Of a stretch of 64,000 nucleotides of DNA, positions 57,801 to 64,000 are shown one piece after another. This DNA comes from Tubiluchus corallicola (lineage: Eukaryota; Animalia; Priapulida). How positions within the stretch are numbered: the first letter of the stretch is position 1; the number at the start of each line of letters is the position of its first letter. The stretch is taken from assembly GCA_030141605.1 (NCBI GenBank), contig JAQGDQ010000003.1, positions 2,728,001 through 2,792,000 on the forward strand, read 5' to 3'. Below the pieces are notes generated by a model. That model was not told the DNA's origin, did not search any database, and saw only the letters and a list, made by a program, of their open reading frames with translations. A program made the translations under genes and the position numbers.

Positions 57801-60800
57801 ATTTAATATATTTTAACACTTTACCAATAATACACATGATACTAAGCTTACACTGCTAAGTGAATTTTGTATTTTAAGTACTTCTCTGTAATACGGTAAA
57901 TTGCTTTCTACGTAAGAACATGGATAAAGTGCATATGCATAAAATGTAAATGAACTTGTTATTATTAATAATCAGCTGTTGTTAAACAAATGATAATGGG
58001 TTGATAAAGTAACCTTTACGGTGTGATAATGTAGTTTATTCTGGGCCTGAGCATTAAATACAATCAGCTATTTGTAATCCTGACAGAGACGCTACGGTTT
58101 ATGTTTAAATCAAATTTAATCGTTTCTTCGTTACTCATATTCATTGGCATTGAAAATAACTTCAAACTTTTAAACCATGTTATCCCTTATTAACAACTAT
58201 TATTAAATTTAATTTACCTGTCGGAGTGTGAGTCCCATCTGCGCTGGTGACATCGTCACGACGACACCAGCATCTTGCAATGCTGATATCTTTTCATTTG
58301 CCCCGCCTTTTCCACCAGCTATAATGGCACCAGCATGCCCCATCCGTCTCCCTGGAGGGGCTGTCAAACCAGCTATAAATGACACCACCGGTTTCGGATT
58401 CGGGCCCTATTAAACAATCATTATAAATATATTTGTATACACATTCAAATGGCTCAACAAACTTGCTAAACTGTATTCAGCAAGCAATAAAATGTGGGGA
58501 GCAAGCATTTTGCACACTCTTCACTAAATAAGCATTAACTTGGCTTCACGGAAAAAAAATAAGAAATAAATAAGGGTTATTAAAAAGGAATTTCCATGGA
58601 ATATTTTTCAAGCACATAGTCCAATAAACTAATGCAAATGCCTCATTGCTTTGGGTGGACATTTCCAGATCAAAGACAAGATCAACTGTGCCAGAACTAC
58701 ACATGTGCCAACTTTGGTTGGTTTTAACTGTACCCTTCCTGGCCAGTATTATTCTTATATCAGCCTCCTTGCATATGCATTAGTAATGACTATGCAGAAT
58801 TATTAATCCGAAAATAAAATTTCGTTAGTTTTTTTAAAAATGCACCTTGTACACTTTTAAAAAAGGAAGTACAAGTAAATTACACAAAACCAGTTGTATC
58901 AACGTAGGCTCACGAAATGCATGGGTGCAGGCACGAACATAAAGTACGAAATTATGAACCCAAGTCTTGCTGAATATTACAACATATGACAGCCAAAATT
59001 TGACAAACTGTGCCCAACAATGATGTCATTACTACATGTTGAGCTTGTGGACCATTAGTTAAGGTTCTATGTTAATATTTAATTATAAGAAACATTTTGG
59101 CAACTATTATGAGTAATAAAATGTATATTTAAGACCATGGATCAAAGTTTACTATGATCTAAAAAATTGCTTTGCTTTTCTTTAACGCTAGCCGATTTGC
59201 AAAGATCACTTTTGACAATACTAAACATGATATCACACATATCTTTAGTGCTTCAAGGAAACATTTTACATAGAACAGTTTATTTAAATGTTTTTACCGA
59301 GTTGTGTTTGATAAGAAACTCAGCTGCCCTTTCCTCGGCCGCTCCACCAATTTCACCAATCATGATTATACCTAAAAGGATAAAATTAACAGACTTTAAT
59401 ATATTTTATTTATATATAACAGCTTTATTAACAGCCATTGGCAACTTTTGCCATTCAAAACAAGTGATAAACATACCGTGCTACAATGAAAATTTAGTGC
59501 TGGAAAGCTCTTAAGATTAGTTTGATATGAATCTTAGCAGTTTAAGAATTCAGTTTGATTTTCTGTTACATCAATGCAACAGCATTCAGGCAATTTCCAC
59601 TTTCAGCAGGGAAATTCTCTTTTTTCAGTCTCAAATTCCACACATCTTTCTTTAACACGTCTTTACCATGCATGTTTCTGTCTACACTCACTTACCTTGA
59701 GTTTCTGGATCTTTAAGGAAAACATCTAAACAATCCATGAAGTTTGTTCCATTAAATGGATCACCACCGATTCCAATACACAAAGTCTGTCCTAGTCCAG
59801 CTTCTGTTGTTTGATGTACTGCTTCATATGTTAGCGTTCCAGAACGTGAAACAATTCCTATTTTGCCAGAAGAGTGGACGTGGCCAGGCATAATGCCAAT
59901 TTTACACTGACCAGGCTGCAAAATATTAATTATGTTACTAATAAATTTAGGCAATTTTTAGTTACAGAGCAGAATAAATTAGATTGCAACAAGTCTTAAT
60001 CAACGAGTACACAGTACATTCCCATGTGCATGAAAAACTCAATTATTATACAGCAAGAATCATATAATGGCAAAACTGCTTACCCTGATTATCCCAGGAC
60101 AGTTAGGACCAACTAATCTAGTTTTTGACTGTTTCAGAAGTTTATTTTTTACGTGCACCATATCATGTTGTGGAATACCTTCTGTGATGCAAACAACCTA
60201 GTAAAATCAAGTATGTTCACACTCTTAAAAGTTAAAAGTATAACAATGATATTCTTACGATTATGGTTACAGATATAATACAGTTATAAAATAAAGAAAA
60301 TACTGTCCATGATTTCTCATCTATGCTCAATGTTAATGTGCTTGCATGCTTTGTAAAACTTATTCTTCTGCCCATTAGGTTTGTGGTCATTCCAACTTTC
60401 ATATGTTCATTCTCAGCATTAAGCATTTACATTTAAACGCATAAAATATCTCTAATGTACAATTTAAGCACAAAACATGCAATAAAGCGATAAAATAGCA
60501 GCTAATACACACTGGATATATACTAAAATTAAAGTGCATTAAATGTATTTACATCATATAGCATATCACATTATATAGCACTGTTTTAATGACAACCATT
60601 AACTAAAATCATGGCAATGTCAAATTTCAATAACATATGAAAAAAACAAGCATACTAATGGCATTTCTGCTTCCATGGCTTCCAATATCGCCTCAGCTGC
60701 ATATGGGGGAGGTACATATATCACTGATGCAGTTGCACCAGTTTCTTTCTTTGCCTAAATAAAGTGGTCAAAAGGTTTAAATGTCACACTGTATATGGCT

Positions 60801-62551
60801 AGAAAACTAGAAAAATTTTGCACAGCAAAATCGCCCATAAGTTAGCAACTAAGCTTTCCTAGTTATTCATATATCCTGGAATCTCCCCATTTCATTAGCA
60901 TCATTTTAATACCAAGCTCATCGCTCTATGTTATTTCTAAGCTGAGATAATCCACGTTGAAGTTGAGAGGCAGGCTGCACACTGAAAAACAATCTTGAGA
61001 AAATCGCTGTAAAAGTTAGCCATTGGTTTTGTCGCGTTTCTACAGAACACTTAGCAACAGCACAAATGTTGGTTGCTACGGACTTCGCAAGAGCGCATTA
61101 AAGTTATCTTTAAATCCAGTAGGTTCCAGCCGAAGTTCTGGGCCGGTATCACAATGTAAATGTAAACTTGTGTACACAGTTTGCATGTACATACTTTGTG
61201 GTCACAACTAATATCTGATTTTCCCCCAGCATCAATGTGTGAATCAGAAAGGTAAAAGTTAAGTTCAATCAATTTGGCTGCATTAAAATTAATTTTCAGT
61301 TTCACCAGAATTTTAATACAATCATATATCAAGATCACATGTGCAAAGTAAGTGCAAATAAAGGTTTCACAGAATAAATTACCTCACCATATAGACGTCT
61401 ATAATTATGTGAAACTGATGTGTATTTAGCAAAGGAAATCACACATCTGAGAGGGAAATTATTCATACCAAATTACCTCAGCCACAGTGTTAAACACAGG
61501 TAATCCAAGATGCGTTTGTCCACCTTTTCCAGGAGTTGCACCTCCAACCATTTTAGTCCCATATTCTATTGCTTGCTCACTGTGAAATGTTCCCTGTAAA
61601 GCAAAAAAAATTGAAAAATTGTTTCTGAAGCATTTTTGTTGGTGAAATGATGAAGTTTTTGTTAAGAGAAAAAGTGATATAAGATGAAATTAATACAGAC
61701 AAGTCAATATTTTTAACTAAGACACCATCAATAAAAATTACTATACAGACAACTGGAAAACATCTTAAGGCACCACCTGCCATCTTCTGCCAACACTGTT
61801 AATTAGTAAATTAGAACAAATACCTCCTAAAGCAAAACAGGGCAATTATCTTCTCTATCAATAAACCTACTCATTAATTCTATGCCAGCACAGTCAAACT
61901 GAATCATATACCAGTATTTGGTAATCAGGAAATAGCAATTTGCACTACAGCAACATGTGCCAAAAATATAAAGAACTAACCCTTTCAACTAACTCAACTT
62001 TGGCATTTTGTTACATGAGATCGACACATTAAAAATGGTTTAACAGGTTAAATGATTCAATAAACCATGCCAAAAGGCAAGAGTTGTTTAAATAAAGCCA
62101 AACATTGACATACACAATTGGCAAAAGCTTGGAGAACAGGAAAACATCAAGAGACTGGACAAAGGCCACTAGGCAAAGTCAATACTAAATCAGCATTCAC
62201 ATAATTTTCAACAACCATAATTTCACATAATTGGCAAAACGAACTACCAACATAGCCTGCATAAATTCAGAATGTCCGCTCTTTAATTTGAACAATTGAG
62301 CAAAGTGCATTGTCGAGTCTAGCGTAGGTCTTGTTTCTAATGTTCAGATAAAAGCTCATGCCCAATGACCATACAATGAGCACTGAAAACATATAAAAAA
62401 ATAGTTATAAATCATGGCACAGCAAAAACTGTGTAAGCTACCTGTCTTCCTGTAAATCCTTGGCATATCACTCTCGTCTCTGAACTGATCATTAAATGTT
62501 TTCTTGTGGATTCATAACTGCAGAACCTAACTGGCTGACCAAAAAACCGAG
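54854..62551 (-). CDS. SUCLG1: Succinate-CoA ligase subunit alpha, mitochondrial (5' exon not found, probably beyond window end)
   Basis: Exons 62442-62551, 61477-61593, 60656-60754, 60084-60197, 59696-59915, 59298-59371, 58218-58406, 54854-54880, all phase-consistent. Motifs [43 protein letters not shown] (phospho-His). Confidence 0.96.
58218..58406 (-). CDS. SUCLG1: SUCLG1 exon (active-site His)
   Basis: [31 protein letters not shown]. Confidence 0.96.
59298..59371 (-). CDS. SUCLG1: SUCLG1 exon
   Basis: [24 protein letters not shown]. Confidence 0.95.
59696..59915 (-). CDS. SUCLG1: SUCLG1 exon
   Basis: [11 protein letters not shown]...[11 protein letters not shown]...[10 protein letters not shown]. 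Confidence 0.96.
60084..60197 (-). CDS. SUCLG1: SUCLG1 exon
   Basis: [38 protein letters not shown]. Confidence 0.95.
60656..60754 (-). CDS. SUCLG1: SUCLG1 exon
   Basis: [33 protein letters not shown]. Confidence 0.95.
61477..61593 (-). CDS. SUCLG1: SUCLG1 exon
   Basis: [39 protein letters not shown]. Confidence 0.95.
62442..62551 (-). CDS. SUCLG1: SUCLG1 exon
   Basis: [36 protein letters not shown]. Confidence 0.9.
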
Positions 62552-64000
62552 CTGAAAGAAATTGAAGTTGCATCACTAACACTTAGCTAAAGAAATAACG
62601 AAGTCAGTTAAACAAATATTTTCATTTTACCAGCACCAAGCTTCATCAAGTATTTTGTCAGTTTTCTTTCAAAAGCAGATGCTGATTGAGACGTAATAAA
62701 ATAATTTGTAATCTGAATGCAATAAAGGGAGACAGAGAAAACAAACAGTAATTATTCAAAAAGCAATCTTTTTACATTTTGTATAGTGAACAGATCAACT
62801 CAAGGTTTTCTCATTCACATGATTTGATCAAGTTTTTTGTTTTAAAATGAAAACAAATTTTTGCTGCACAAGAGGAATTTGTGGTTTCTGCATGCATTTG
62901 TTGAGATATATTACAAACTTCTGCATTGCTTTTTGCAACCTAAACATAATTAGACTTGTTTGTGGCAATGTTTATGCTTTCCACAGCAAGTTTATTAGCT
63001 CACTTTAAACCAAATTCTTAGTACCCATTATGTTGTTGTAAACAAATTCTCAGTACTCCCAGCAGTAACATTACAAGTGTAGTATAATTCCATGCATTTC
63101 AAAACATTTTAAGCAGATGCAACACAATTAACAAAATTATGAGATACATACTATACCAGTACACTATCATAAACTCAGAAAAAGTTTAAAATTTTGTTTG
63201 CAAGCTAGTAAAAGCAATCAATTAAAATTAAAAGAAGAATCACTTTTACAGTAATACTATGTTAATTTACATAAGACAACTATTAACTCAAACATGTATT
63301 ATTTTGTAGAAAACTTCATGTTCTGACCCATAAAATATCTCTACAATATCAGCAAAAACACCCAAATGATTATTACAAGCAGCCAGATGAACAGAAGTCC
63401 AGAATGATTTCACACTGATGCATTCAGTAAAAACAGACAAAATGAGCAATGCAAATTCAAATTGCATGTTGACTCATAGACTAGCCACATTCTGCTCAGA
63501 CTCAATAAAAGTTGGCTAGCAAACTTAATCAAGCTGTCTTGATTTTTGCTAGTGTTCCTCAAGTATCAAGGACATCAGGATGTTATGTCATATCATAATG
63601 TGGGGGGTTCCAGGGCTGCTTGGTACAAGGTGCTTGATACTTGGAAGAAGGATTTAGCATCTCAGCCACATATATGGTCACCAAGTGCAAAGCGACAGTG
63701 AGAAGAGACTATTTTTTTGGAAGACAAACAGTGAGTGTTTGTAGCTCAGTAGCTCCCAATGCAGTTTTACAAATTACTGTTATTATAAGAACATCATAGA
63801 ATCAAGACAGCACGATGCAGTATAATTTATAAGTATACAGCAGTGATAAGTCTATAAAAAAATGAAAAACAACAGGCCTTCACAGTAATCAGTTTTGCTT
63901 GCGAACACTTTTTAAAACATTAAATATTTTAATTCTGGATTTGTTAAACAATTTAGCTAACACAAATAGAACTCTCAAAAATGGCTTACCAAACAAAAGA

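Noticed and set aside
58228-59514. Plus-strand ORFs 58228-58413 and 59167-59514
   Set aside because: Antisense shadows of SUCLG1 exons.
1-64000. CRISPR arrays, operons, defence systems, rRNA/tRNA genes, U12 or non-canonical introns
   Set aside because: The sequence is eukaryotic; no repeat-spacer array or structured RNA gene was recognised, and all traced introns are GT-AG without the GTATCCT U12 donor.

Overview
AT-rich, intron-rich animal genomic DNA (invertebrate-like; standard code; all introns traced are GT-AG). Almost all short ORFs in the supplied track are spurious or exon fragments. Four spliced genes were reconstructed by hand: (1) the first coding exon of cysteine dioxygenase (CDO1, minus strand, rest apparently left of the window); (2) a complete MAP7/ensconsin-family gene (+, 7832-32803, 16 core exons, about 897 aa); (3) a complete Mps1/TTK kinase gene (+, 35137-52114, 15 exons, about 974 aa); (4) succinate-CoA ligase alpha (SUCLG1, minus, 54854-62551, first exon not found and probably off-window). 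Introns carry two copies of a ~0.9 kb TA-flanked MITE, a CR1-like LINE 3' fragment, a probable Harbinger relic, hAT-like remnants, tandem duplications and a 155-bp near-perfect palindrome. I found no prokaryote-style novel system (no CRISPR, operon, rRNA or tRNA). The most interesting candidates are: a cluster of alternative exons and microexons plus triple tandem donors in MAP7; alternative TTK last exons that toggle a KEN box; a TTK with no recognisable TPR domain; CTCF-like motifs at two promoters; and face-to-face poly(A) signals between TTK and SUCLG1.
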